Below are positions 39,203-51,820 of a DNA stretch of 64,000 nt, one piece after another (the first letter of the stretch is position 1; every line of letters begins with the position of its first letter). This stretch comes from Eledone cirrhosa (taxonomy: Eukaryota): the NCBI GenBank assembly GCA_964016885.1, contig OZ024740.1, forward strand, positions 107,694,001-107,758,000. The letters run 5' to 3'. The notes below the pieces were generated by a model that made no database searches, was not told the DNA's origin, and saw only the letters and a list, made by a program, of their open reading frames with translations. The position numbers and the translations under genes are program-made.

Positions 39203-40746
39203 ATGAATGAAATTAAATTTACAATTAATGATAGAGGCCCCAAATCCTATCAAGAAAAGTAGTGTGAAATGAAGAGATTTGCTCAAAGATATAATGTGCT
39301 GCCTGATCCAGGAATCAAAATGAAAACCTTATATTCATGAGTCTAACAATACAATAATCACCACTACTCATCCCCACTATTACAAACACCAGCACCAACA
39401 CCACCAGGAGTCTTCACATAGTGGGAGGTGGTGTCTATAGTAACGACTGTTAAGTAAGCCGTAGTAGTATAATATCAGGGACACACCATAGAGGAAACTG
39501 GTTGGTGGATAGGAGATACACACATACACATGCACCATAGAGGACACAAACACAAACACACAAAGGAGACACACACAAATACAGGACATACACACACAAA
39601 CACACACAAGCGATACATACATATTCTTACATTATTCCCACATATATTACTCCCTTATTTTCTTAGCTGACATCTGTGAATTCTCCAATTTCCATTATTT
39701 TCTCTCTAGCTAACCCTTCTTTTTCTGTCCCCCACCAGGGGGGGGGGGGGGCTCAGTCCCTCGCCACTACCAATGATTCTTGGTTCTATCTTCAAACCTC
39801 TGCAAGACATCATGTCACTACCACACTTTCCTCAATGTCCCCCCCCCCCACACACACCTTACTAAAGCCTACCCAGCTATGGTGAATTTGATGTAAGCTA
39901 ACACTGAATGCTTCAGTGGTTGGATGCCAAACCACTATCCTGTCTGTCTGCCTGTCTATCTGTCACTTCTTCTAAAACAACCACTTACAACTACTACAAC
40001 CACCAGCATTAATATCTGTTATTTCCCCAACAACCACCACCACAACCAGATCTCTTACCATCTACACCACCACCACCAACAACAACACCACCAAAAGTTT
40101 CTCCCCTTACTACTCACACCCCCTCTACTACCACCACCACCAGAAGATCTCCCCTTACTACTCACACCATCTCCATCACCACCACTAGACTTGTTGACAT
40201 AAGATACATGAGGGTCAGTAAGTGTCACCACCTGATAAATTAGTGTCGGTTAAAGCAGTGGATCAAACAAATACCCACCACCACCAACCCATCAACACCA
40301 CCACAGCCACCGCCACCACCACCACCACAACAACTATACTGCAACCAAGAATTGAAGGTTCTCTGCTCCCCACCACATCTAAGTCATGTAATTTGTCAGC
40401 TACCAGGAAGAAGAGTTTATGCTGTGTTACTAACCCACCCTTTCACAATCACTGGGGTGGGGATAGGTGTAGAGTCTTCTCCTCACCATCCTACTACTAC
40501 TACTACTACTACTGTTTACCTTACAGATGTTACAGATGCCTACTGAGTAAAACAGATGTCACAAAGGGTCAATGTGATAGAGGAGGGATTAACATGTTTA
40601 ACATCCATGTTTTATACATCATCATCACTTTCCCTGATTGCAAGGGTTGGACAGACACACACACACATATATATAGTAAAAAAAAATAACAACACACACA
40701 TGAGATGCAAAAACACAAAGTCTTATTAATATTAGGAGGGAGTGTA

Positions 40747-40790
<44 letters not shown>

Positions 40791-40791
<1 letters not shown>

Positions 40792-41167
40792 CATCATTTT
40801 ACGTCCGCTTTTTCCTGCTTGCAAGGGTGGGACGGGAACTGATTCTGGCTTGATTTCTACAGCTGGATGCCCTTCCTAACACCAACCTCATTTACAGTGA
40901 GTGCTGGGTGCTTTTTTTCCGTGGTGCCTACACGTCCACTTTACAGTGTGGGCTGGGTGCTCTTTTGCAGTGGCACCTCCACGACCACTTTGCAGTGGAA
41001 TGATAAGGACCCCAGTCCTACCATCTCATTTCTACAGCTGAGTAAACTGGAGCAATGTGAAATAAAGTGTCTTGCTCAAGGAAACAACACATCACCCGGT
41101 CTGAGAATTGAACTCACAACCTTTTGATTGCAAGCCCAATGCTCTAACCACTAAGCCATGTGCCTCC
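40791..41167 (-). mobile_element. Full-length tRNA-derived SINE with RTE-type 3' tail
   Basis: A box tggcttagtggttagag, B box gagttcaattctc, body tccttgagcaagacact, tail cccacccttgcaagcagg...gcggacgtaaaatgatga. Confidence 0.9.
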
Positions 41168-41409
41168 ATATATATATTTAACGAAGGGTATAAGTAAGAA
41201 ATCGTTAAATGGATTAACATGATTGTTAGATGAAATAACAAGAATAAATGATTTACTTCATATATAAAGGTTTACTTCAATTGAGTCAAAAAGAACAATA
41301 AACATATTACCATGAGTTGCAAAGGTTGACAATGTTATTTTTGTTGTTGATTCATGAGGCTGTTGTAGTCTGAGACCAAGAGAGAGAGAGAGTAATGGTC
41401 TGTAATTGA

Positions 41410-42398
41410 CTGTAGACCACTGTGGCCTGTAGATAGCGGTGAATCTTTCACATAGTTTGTAATAGCGTACTGCTCCGATCGCTCTGTTTGTCTGTAGACC
41501 TCTGGGGCCTGAAAGTAGCAACGAATCTTTCACATAGATGGTCTGTATCATGGTGCTCCGATCTCTCTGTATGTCTGTAGACCTCTGGAGCCTGAAGGTA
41601 GCGGTGAATCTTTCACATGGCTTGTCTGTATTGTGGTGCTCCGATCTCTCTGTATGTCTGTAGACCTCTGGGGCCTGAAGGTAGCGGAGAATCTTTCACA
41701 TGGCTTGTCTGTATTGTGGTGCTCTGATCTTTCTGTATGTCTGTAGACCTCTGGGGTCTGAAGGTAGCGGAGAATCTTTCACATGGCTTGTCTGTATTGT
41801 GGTGCTCTGATCTTTCTGTATGTCTGTAGACCTCTGGGGCCTGAAGGTAGCGGAGAATCTTTCACATGGCTTGTCTGTATTGTGGTGCTCTGATCTTTCT
41901 GTATGTCTGTAGACCTCTGGGGCCTGAAGGTAGCGGAGAATCTTTCACATGGCTTGTCTGTATTGTGGTGCTCTGATCTTTCTGGATGTCTGTAGACCTC
42001 TGGGGCCTGAAGGTAGCGGAGAATCTTTCACATGGCTTGTCTGTATTGTGGTGCTCTGATCTTTCTGGATGTCTGTAGACCTCTGGGGCCTGAAGGTAGC
42101 GGAGAATCTTTCACATGGCTTGTCTGTATTGTGGTGCTCTGATCTTTCTGTATGTCTGTAGACCTCTGGGGTCTGAAGGTAGCGGAGAATCTTTCACATG
42201 GCTTGTCTGTATTGTGGTGCTCTGATCTTTCTGTATTTCTGTAGACCTCTGGGGCCTGAAGGTAGCGGTGAATCTTTCACATGGCTTGTCTGTATTGTGG
42301 TGCTCTGATCTTTCTGTATTTCTGTAGACCTCTGGGGCCTGAAGGTAGCGGTGAATCTTTCACATGGCTTGTCTGTATTGTGGTGCTCCGATCTCTGT
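41410..42398. repeat. 83-bp minisatellite
   Basis: About 12 copies; ctgtagacct recurs at 41741 and 41824; central copies are nearly identical. Confidence 0.95.
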
Positions 42399-43280
42399 GT
42401 CTAAGGTGGGAAAATATAGGCTTTATATACCTGTCACTTTCTGTCTCCCACCTTGAGGGGATAGCCCACGCATGAACCTGTTCACACCAAAAAGGGTGGT
42501 GACCTACAGTTTGACCTTTAGGTGTCACCCAAGGTTCAAGGCGTGGACAGATTTCACTACATTAGTTCCCTACTCAGATCGATGCAGGAGCAGCGATCGA
42601 TTATAAAAGGGGTAGTGAAATCTGATTCTAGAAGCGTGTCCCAAAACACACAAAATGTGGGTACCGCGCCCGAATTTCGAGTGTAGAGAAATTTGGAGAG
42701 AGAAAAAAAAAATTGTATAACTGTGTATGCATGTGTGTGTGTGTAACATTTAGAAGAAAGTGTAAATATACAAATTTGTGATCATGTATTTCGAACTGTT
42801 GTGTATGGATGGATGGGCGTTGGGGTTACGGTATCAGATTACGATATGGTAACACAGAGGACTATTTCTCTTGATGTATCATCATACGTAAGATTCTCTT
42901 CCAGTGAGTCGAGGTTTACGCTATGACATGAGTGACTGCAATGTTGAGTTGCGTGCTTGAGTGAGAGTCCAAGCGAGTAGTAACCGTGGGTTGATTCTCA
43001 TGTGTTTAATAGCTGTTGTCGTACCTCGACCCATTCAATCTCTGGGTGCCGAGCACTGTACAGTGTAATTCGGGCTGTTTGTTTACAAACAAACCGAACA
43101 TTATAATAAATGTTCGGTAAACCCATACGTACATATATATATATATATGTGTGTGCATGTATGTATATATATACAAACTACTGTGCGTCTGTACACATAT
43201 ATGTATGTACGTATACATACTTATATTTAGGTATCAGCCGTACTAAGAGTGAGAAATAAAATTTCGTTTCATTCTTTTCC

Positions 43281-43311
<31 letters not shown>

Positions 43312-43807
43312 CATACATACATGGTTGCTGCCAACTCGTTTTCGAGTACGGCCACTACTTTATATCCATGTAGGAGAACCCCTACTGATGCGCTGAACAA
43401 GTGTGACTTTTTAGTCCAGCCAGCGACTTGAAAACTCTGGTACAAACACTACACTTGTGACAATTACTGACACATAGCACTGGGCCCATGGTACCCTGTG
43501 ATGACAAGTGCAGAGAGATCTCCAGATATAAAGAAATGCCTGTGCCGTGAAACTTTTATAGTGAGCAAAGGCACTGCACAAAGCCAGTCCCACTCTCTTA
43601 ACCAAGATGATATTTACCAAAAAGAAGAACAAGTCAACATCATTGGATACCACCAGGGTTGCAGGTGTTATATCAGAGTTTTCCTTCTCCTAGAATTCTG
43701 CCTTGACAAAGGCTAAGGGGTCATCTATGTATGTATGTACATACATACATACATACATAATAAATAAGAGGGACGGTTTCATTCGTACATCTTCATTTTA
43801 TTACATA

Positions 43808-43882
43808 ACCCTATTATACATATTTCAAAGATGTCAGAGTGGTTATATAATAACACCCTGGCATGTTTTCATCAGATAGTGT
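43808..43882 (-). ncRNA. Type I hammerhead ribozyme
   Basis: Minus strand: ctat-CTGATGA-aaacatgccagggtg...cactctgacatcttt-GAAA-tatgtat-a-atag. Confidence 0.75.
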
Positions 43883-43947
43883 AAGATGTATTTTCCTCTC
43901 TATTGATATTTAACTGGTTTCTTATGGTGTTTACATCACTGACCAGT

Positions 43948-43993
<46 letters not shown>

Positions 43994-44040
43994 TGGAAAA
44001 TGGACGTTAAACGATGATGATGATGATATATATATATATA

Positions 44041-45878
44041 TAGGAGATGCCCTAGATAGGAGTAACTATAGAGGCATTAAATTAATCGACCAGGCCATGA
44101 AGGTCACGGAAAAAGTTATAGCGCAACTAATCAGAGAGAGAATTGATCTAGATGAAATGCAGTTTGGTTTTGTGTCAGGCAAAAGTACCACAGGCGCTCT
44201 TTTCATTGTACGACAACTACAGGAGAAGTACCTAGCTAAAAGTAAACCCCTATACTTAGCTTTTGTTGACTTGGAGAAAGCCTTCGACAGAGTCCCCCGT
44301 TCCATTATCTGGTGGGCTCTTAGAAAACTAGGTATTGACGAATGGCTTCTGAGAGCTATACAAGCCATGTATAAAGAAACAGTCAACAAGGTTAGAATTA
44401 ACAACGAATATAGTGAAGAGTTTAGTGTAAAAGTTGGTGTACATCAGGGCTCTGTTCTTAGCCCCCTACTATTTATTATTGCCCTTCAGGCTATAACAGT
44501 GGAGTTCAAGACCGGCTGCCCATGGGAACTCCTATACGCAGATGATCTAACGCTCATAGCTGAATCAATGGCCGAGCTAGAGAAGAAATTCCAAACATTG
44601 AAGCATGGCCTAGAATCAAAAGGGCTTAAAATTAACCTGGCTAAGACTAAAGTTCTAGTTTGTAGGAAAGAAAATAAGGCGACGGTCCCTTCCGGGAAAT
44701 GGCCATGCGCAGAGTGTAGGAAAGGCGTAGGTAGAAACTCCATTTTATGTCCCAAATGCAAAGTATGGGTGCATAAAAGATGTAGTGGGATCACAGGTAA
44801 GCTAACTAAGAACATAGATTTTACATGTGGCCGGTGCTCTGGTGCAATAAGTAGCAGCAAGTGCCCACAAAATACTAGCTCTTTCAATTGCGCAGAGGGT
44901 TCTATAGAAATAGTAGACAGCTTCCGTTACCGGGGTGACAAAATCAGCAGTGGGGGAGGGTGCTCTGAAAGTACAGTAGCTAGAGTCAGAACTGGATGGA
45001 AAAAGTTCAGAGAGCTTATACCACTATTAGCCACTAAAGGGTTCTCCCTAAAAATGAAAGGCAGGTTGTATGATGCCTGCATACGAACATCAATGTTGCA
45101 TGGCAGTGAGAACTGGGCATTGTGTGCAGAGGATATACGCAGACTAGAGAAGAACGAAGCTTGCATGCTCCGCTGGATGTGTAATAGTAACATACGTGAA
45201 CGGCAAAGCATAAGCGAACTAAGGAAAAAATTAGAAATAAGAGGGATCAGATGTTGTTTACTCGAGAGAAGGCTACGTTGGTATGGTCATGTGATGCGCA
45301 TGAAAGACGACAGCTGTATAACAAAGTGCAGTGCAATAAAGATAGACGGTAGCTACGGGGTAGGCAGACCCAGAAAAACCTGGGATGAGCTGATAAATTC
45401 CGACCTCACACACTTACACCTCTCCAAGACAATGTCACTGGACCGAGACCTTTGGCGGTACTCAGTAATTCAGAAGACCCGCCTTACCTAAGTACAAAGT
45501 AAAACCTACTACAGTCAGGAGGCATCTCTAACAAAATACACCCCCGTCCCACCACCCCCAGCCCATCCACACCGACCCTTTCAATGTAAAGTTATGTTGG
45601 TGCCACAACATCCAGGCCGAAACAAATGAGATCGTGTAGGTGTCACAACAAAAAAATACACAGTCCACACTGTAATGTGGCCGTGTAGGCAACACGGTAA
45701 AAACCTCCCAGTCCCACACTGTAAATGTGGTTGGTGTTAGGAAGGGCATCCAGCTGTAGAAAACCCGCCAGACAGTCCTATGCGAGCAAGACAATCACTC
45801 TTGCCTCAAGTGGGAAAACCCCCGTCCAAACCCATGCAAGCGTGGAACACGGACGTTAAACGTTGATGATGATGATGA
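44041..45878 (+). mobile_element. RTE family 1 LINE, 5'-truncated
   Basis: Open RT ORF, 3'UTR, (GAT)n tail, (TA)n flanks. Confidence 0.95.
44097..45491 (+). CDS. Non-LTR reverse transcriptase (RTE), lacking the N-terminal endonuclease, with PHD-like insert
   Basis: QFGF, DLEKAFD, QGSVLSP, YADD, CAEC...CPKC...H..C...CGRC. Confidence 0.85.
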   Translation: MKVTEKVIAQLIRERIDLDEMQFGFVSGKSTTGALFIVRQLQEKYLAKSKPLYLAFVDLEKAFDRVPRSIIWWALRKLGIDEWLLRAIQAMYKETVNKVRINNEYSEEFSVKVGVHQGSVLSPLLFIIALQAITVEFKTGCPWELLYADDLTLIAESMAELEKKFQTLKHGLESKGLKINLAKTKVLVCRKENKATVPSGKWPCAECRKGVGRNSILCPKCKVWVHKRCSGITGKLTKNIDFTCGRCSGAISSSKCPQNTSSFNCAEGSIEIVDSFRYRGDKISSGGGCSESTVARVRTGWKKFRELIPLLATKGFSLKMKGRLYDACIRTSMLHGSENWALCAEDIRRLEKNEACMLRWMCNSNIRERQSISELRKKLEIRGIRCCLLERRLRWYGHVMRMKDDSCITKCSAIKIDGSYGVGRPRKTWDELINSDLTHLHLSKTMSLDRDLWRYSVIQKTRLT

Positions 45879-45921
45879 TATATATATATCATCATCATCA
45901 TCGTTTAACATCCATTTTCCA

Positions 45922-45955
<34 letters not shown>

Positions 45956-46863
45956 TGGTATATATATATATATATACCAGCACAACAGACACAACAACAA
46001 ACTTTACCAAAATCATACCAACACAACAAACACTACTATACAACTACAACAATGTAATCCAGAGCATCAAGAAATATTAATCATATCTTCAGTCATCATC
46101 ATCATCATCATTAGTGTATCTTCAGTCATCATTATAATCATCATTAGTGTGCAGTAGCAGATGGCCAAAATCCTCCTCCACTCATTACAATTTTCAAAAA
46201 CAGCTGTGGTCTTGTGGTCAAGTGATGTGTCCTGGCCATCAGGAAGAGTTGAGTCCCAAACAGTATTTGAAGTTGGAACACAAAGAGACAAAACAAAGGC
46301 ATCTTGCCAATATTTTAACAAATCTACCAATCCATCACTCCTCAACTGGTTCTTTATCAATTCAAATGAATGAAAGGCAAACTTGACCTCAATGGAATTT
46401 GAACTGAGAACGCAATAAATCAGAATACCACTTAGAGCATTATTTCTAATGCCTAATGACTCTGATAAGTTGCCACCCTACAAAACATCAATCTTCAGTA
46501 AAGAACAATAACAAATATTTTCTATAAATTAATTAGTAATTAGTTACTTACTCGTTTAAAAAATTCCCCAGCCGATTCACAAGTTTCTCCTTGTCCTAAA
46601 ATAGAATATAAACAAAGAAATGAGATTTTATTTATATTTGTTTACATATTAATTTATTTGTTGATTCATTTACTTTATGAAGGTATGTGGGTGTTTATGA
46701 AATGGGCAGTGCATTGTGTCCTTAAGCAAGATACTTCATTTTATGTCACTCCGGTTTACTCAGCTGAAAAAATATGAGTATCAGCATTAGCTGAAAGTTA
46801 ACTCTGAAATGGACTAATGGCTTGTTCAAGGCAGGAAACAGTCTTGTACTTTCTGTCCTTTAG

Positions 46864-47323
46864 CCCTTTAGCATTTAAACCGGCTGTATCCGGCCAGAAT
46901 TCACTCCCCTCTTTCTATTCAAACCAGCCGTAACTTGCTACTCGTATTGATGTTAAAGTATTGTTCTCAAAATAAATATCAAATCATCATCATCATCATT
47001 TAACGTCTATCTTCTATGCTTGCATGTGTTAGATGGGCTTGTCCCATTCAGAGGCAAGTTGGGTCAATTGACCATGTCTCGCTCATATAGGACTGTTTCT
47101 GGCTGGTTTTCTACGGCTGGGTGCCCTTCTTAACGCCAACCACATTTACAGTGTGGGCTGGATGCTTTTTGCTGTGTCTTTTACATGACCACTTTACAGT
47201 GTGGGCTGGATGCTTTTTGCTGTGTCTTTTACATGACCACTTTACAGTGGGGGCTGGGCGCTTTTTGTTGTGACACCTACATGACCACTTTACAGTGCGG
47301 GGTGGATATTTTGTGGTACCAAC

Positions 47324-47371
<48 letters not shown>

Positions 47372-47386
47372 GTGAATGCTAAAGGG
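46864..47386 (+). mobile_element. TTAA-type MITE family A interrupted by an antisense RTE-type tail (about 46984-47325)
   Basis: Both TIRs are present; the insert starts (atc)n-tttaacgtc. Confidence 0.8.
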
Positions 47387-47563
47387 TTAAGTTGTGTTTC
47401 AAACACCACACCCCCTTGACAACAACCTATCTCAAACCACTCCCGGATCCATGATACAAAAGTAATTATTTTTAAATGTTTATATTTATCTAAAATGATA
47501 AAGGTTAATGCCAATTAAACCAGGATAAGGTCCAGTTTGCTGAGCTTCTTTTTCCTTCTAAAC

Positions 47564-47910
47564 CAGTAGTTCACAACCCTTTTTGCGTCATTGCCTACTT
47601 TCACATGGAAAAATGTTCCACTCCCACCTGTATAGTAAATATTCCAAAGCATACCAAAAATATTTGCCAAAAGTTTGTTACTGGTTTGTTATTCCCATTT
47701 AGCCTCCTATTTTGTTCTCATACAGGTTCTTTGCATATCTCCTTTGAATATTCAGATAGCATATGCTGAAATACATTCTTAATACTCAAAATTCTATATC
47801 ATCCACCTAAATTTCTAATAACTCATTATTTTCTGTTCAGTAACTCATCACCCACCCAATAGTTGAAATCACCCACTAGTGGGTGATATTGCGCAGGTTG
47901 AGAAAACCTG
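47564..47910. mobile_element. hAT (Charlie-like) MITE
   Basis: TIRs cagtagttcacaacc / ggttgagaaaacctg; 8-bp flanks ttctaaac / ttctagag; empty paralogous site near 58267. Confidence 0.75.
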
Positions 47911-49656
47911 TTCTAGAGTTTCATTATAGAAACACACAAGTAGTGTCTAATGACATTTTTAAAAGAAGAATGAATATTCTACTTCTAAACTATAATACAC
48001 TATCTAGCCTGTCGTCTCTTAACTATTGTTGTTGTATATGATTTTTGGTTTCTGATTGAAGCACAAGGCCAACAATTCTAGGGGAAGGGAAAGTTGATTA
48101 AATCGACTCCAGTGCATTACTGATGCTTTATTTTATTGACCCCACATGGATGAAAGGCAAAGCTAACTAAGTCCTAGTAATTGACTGGTACTTTATTTTA
48201 TCAACCTTAGAATGGTTATAAACAAACTTGAAATCAGAATGTAAAGAAATGGAACAAATCCATTGTCAATGTCATCATTCTTAATGTCCAGCTTTTTGTG
48301 CTAATATTGGTTTGTGGAAACATGGATTTTAAACAGTGATGATGGTAATGATGATATATGGAGAGAAAGAGAGAGAGATGGTACCAGAAGACAATTGGAG
48401 AATATGAAATTAACAGACATTAAATTAATTCTACTCAAATGAAGCATTTAACCAAAAATACTTTTACAAAATCCTTCCTTTTGTTTTTGTTAAAAAAAAT
48501 TTGTCACATGTCTTCAGATGAGTGGTAAACACCACAAAGTACTAAATGTCCATAATTTATTTTTAAAATATATAATCAAGAATAAAAACATTTATAGTAT
48601 CAATTTCTGCTCTGAAATTAAATATTTATATCAAAACAAAGAAGAAAAAATATGGAAATACATTATATTTAACCTTTTTATTACCATATTTCTAATGAAA
48701 GAGATGACCTACCATATTTCTAACGAAAGACACTACCTGTGATTTTCAAATAATCAACAATTTGATGGATTTAGTAAAATAACATTGAGAGATCACAGCT
48801 CTGGTACTACAGACATGTGGTTAAAATATCTAAGAAAATAATTACAGATTATTATGGGCAAAGTCAACTGACAGGAGGACACCCACGAACCTTTCAAGAA
48901 GAAGAAGAAGAAGAAGAAGGAGAGCAACAGCAGCAGCAACAACAACAACAACAACTAATTTTTCTCATTATTGACCCTTTTGTTACCATATTTCTAATGA
49001 AAGACATTACCTATGATTTTCAAATTGTGAAAATAATCAAGAAAATAGGGGGATTTGGTAAAATAACATTCTCATTATTAAGCTGGCATTTGGAACACAA
49101 CTAAAAGGTTTTTATATAAATTTATGGTGGAATGTTTTTACATAGATACATTAAAACAAAGAGCTTATTATTGTGTCAAAAGAGTTAACAAAATAAAGGG
49201 AAAATCATCATTGTTGTCACAGTCATCATCGTCATCATCACCATCATCGTTTTTACATCTCTTTTTCAATGTTTGCATGGGTTGGACGGGACCTTCTCAG
49301 CATTATAAGGAAATATTGACTAAAACATATAAAATTTTGATCTCACTAAGAAAGGAAAAGAAATATTTATGAGCCTGGCTGGTCTCGCTTGGGAGATGAT
49401 TGCTTCAGATAGGACCCTCTGGAAGGCATGCATGAGGACTCTGCCCACATGACCTTCCCCAGAATAAGTGGGCAATGAAGAAGAAAAACTACCCTAATAT
49501 ATAATGTATAATATAGATGCGAGACAAACCACAACAGAAACACAAACCCTCCATCTCAATTTTACTTTTGAAAATCATAAGAACTGTGAAACCGGTAGAG
49601 TAAATAAATAAATATTCTTAAAAGACTCCAGTTGCATTTTCAATTTCTTTTCCTTA

Positions 49657-49932
49657 TATCATCATCATCATTTTACGTCCGCTTTTCCCTGCTTGCAAGG
49701 GTGGGCCGGGTCCTATTCAGCACAGCATCTCTCCATTTGTCACAGTCCTTTGTCATCTCCTCCGTGAGTTTGAGTAATCTAAGGTCTGCTCCCACCACCT
49801 CCGCCCATGTTTTTCGTGGTCTACCTCTACTGCGTCTTCCTTCTACTGGGATTTCTTGGCACTTCTTTACCCAGCGGTCATCCTCCATGCGCATCACATG
49901 ACCATACCATCTCAGTTTTCTCTCCTGCACAC
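49657..49932 (-). mobile_element. RTE family 3 LINE 3' end
   Basis: LRWYGHVMRM...GRPRKTW; the ORF runs almost to the (GAT)n tail. Confidence 0.9.
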
Positions 49933-49986
49933 TACAACTTATATATGGTCCTACCCATGCTAGTGCAGAAAATGGACGTTAAACGA

Positions 49987-50035
<49 letters not shown>

Positions 50036-50163
50036 AAAGTTTTATTTAAAATTGTTGGGTTACAACGAGTAAATATTTTATAATTGATATAAAAGCACTC
50101 AACAAGTTTTGGAGTAGATTTACGATATTAAACAAATGGAAACTATATTTATAAAACCATATT

Positions 50164-50229
50164 TATTTCATTATATATATTTCAGGGATATCATATTAAA
50201 AATATGGTATGCCTTCCTCAGACAAAATA
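50164..50229 (-). ncRNA. Type I hammerhead ribozyme
   Basis: Reverse complement of 54470-54535. Confidence 0.8.
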
Positions 50230-51820
50230 CAATATATAAACCGTTTTATAAATAAATTTGACATACCTTAAACATTACAACTTCCATTTAAAAAGTTGAT
50301 TTGGTAGTGAAAATGTAAAGGACAGTTAGAAAGAAAGACGAAGAGAAAAAAGAAGGAAAGTGTATAGTGCTAAGGACGAAGAGAAGAAGAAAGAAAGTGT
50401 ATAGTGCTAAGGACAGTTAGAGAGGAAGACGAAGAAGATGAAGAGATGTATGTAAAGAAAAAACAACAGAGCGAGATAGAGAGAGAAAGAGATATGGAAG
50501 AGAGAAATATATTGAGGAAGTGAAAAATGATAGGCAGCTTGGGCACAGATGATCAACGTACAAATGAGAGATTAAGGAGGGAAGTGGGTACTGTAATTAT
50601 TTATTTATTTATTTAGTTATAGTGTTAAGGATACGGAGAGAAATAAAAATAAAAATAAAAATAAAAATAAAAATAAAAATAAAAATAAAAATAAAAATAA
50701 AAATAAAAATAAAAATAAAAATAAAAATAAAAATAAAAAATAAAAATAAATAAAGAGAGGTAGAGAGAGATATAGGTGGTGGGAGAAAAGAGGTAGACCG
50801 AGTAATATCTATCATACGAGGTGGGAGAGATACAGTTAAATCAGCCGATACATAAATCCCGTCAAGTGTAGAGGGAAGAGGAGAAGAAATAAATATATTC
50901 AGAAAGAAAGATGATAGATTTAAAATATTATGTTTCATCCATTTGAATTATCAATTCATATGAATTAGGTATTATAATGTAAATATCAATATTCATGAAT
51001 GAGACACATATCAATAATGTGTGAAAAAATGAAAAAATAACGACCCTATGTTTAGTTTTAAAATTCTTAGGTTTATAATCAAAATCTGAGATAAAACTTC
51101 AAAAATACTGAAATACATAAGTATATATGTATTTTCATGAAAAAAGAAAAAGAGAAAAGAGAAGGTTATCTCAAATTCAAGTTGACAATTATAGACACAC
51201 ATGTGAATTTACGTGATCGGCTCTGTAAATTCTTATTTTTCATGAAAATCTTCATTGCGTTACAAAAGATTCCACCATACATATATGTACATACATATAT
51301 AGACATAAAATATACATTAATATTAATAATAATATTCTTGCCCTCACTTACATGATTATCGTTCAAGCATAGAATAGACAACAGATATCAATATATTAAA
51401 AACGCCAAGAATATTTTCATCACTCCCCAGAGTATCTAGGGACGTAAGAAAACATAGTATGCCACGCATATCAACCACAGAAAACCACCCTTCCAATTTA
51501 TTTTACAATATATTGTCAAGTTCATTAGAAGCAATCAGAATCAAAAGCAAACAAAACCAAAATTATTCAACAAAACTTATTTAGCAGAAATCATTCAAAA
51601 AAATTTATGGATACCCAGTTGTTCTACAAATGCTCTTATATTTATTATAGAAGTTTATCTAGCTTAAAAATGTATTCAATAGATTGGGAGCATCACCATT
51701 TTAGGATAGTTTAATTAATCTCATTAATTATAAACTCATGAAGAAGGTTTTAAAAAATTGAAGGAATCGAAAGATTTATCGCCAAGTTTCATAAATAGTT
51801 AAATATCTTAAGTAAATATA

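Noticed and set aside
39676-40689. Pro/Thr/His-rich ORFs
   Set aside because: Derived from (CAC)n and (TAC)n low-complexity sequence.
44066-45211. Recurrent antisense ORFs over the RT (also at 14060-15109 and 21707-22849)
   Set aside because: Shadow frames repeated only because the LINE copies are near-identical.
46067-46386. Overlapping ORFs as a host exon
   Set aside because: No recognisable domain or convincing splice context; adjoins simple repeats.
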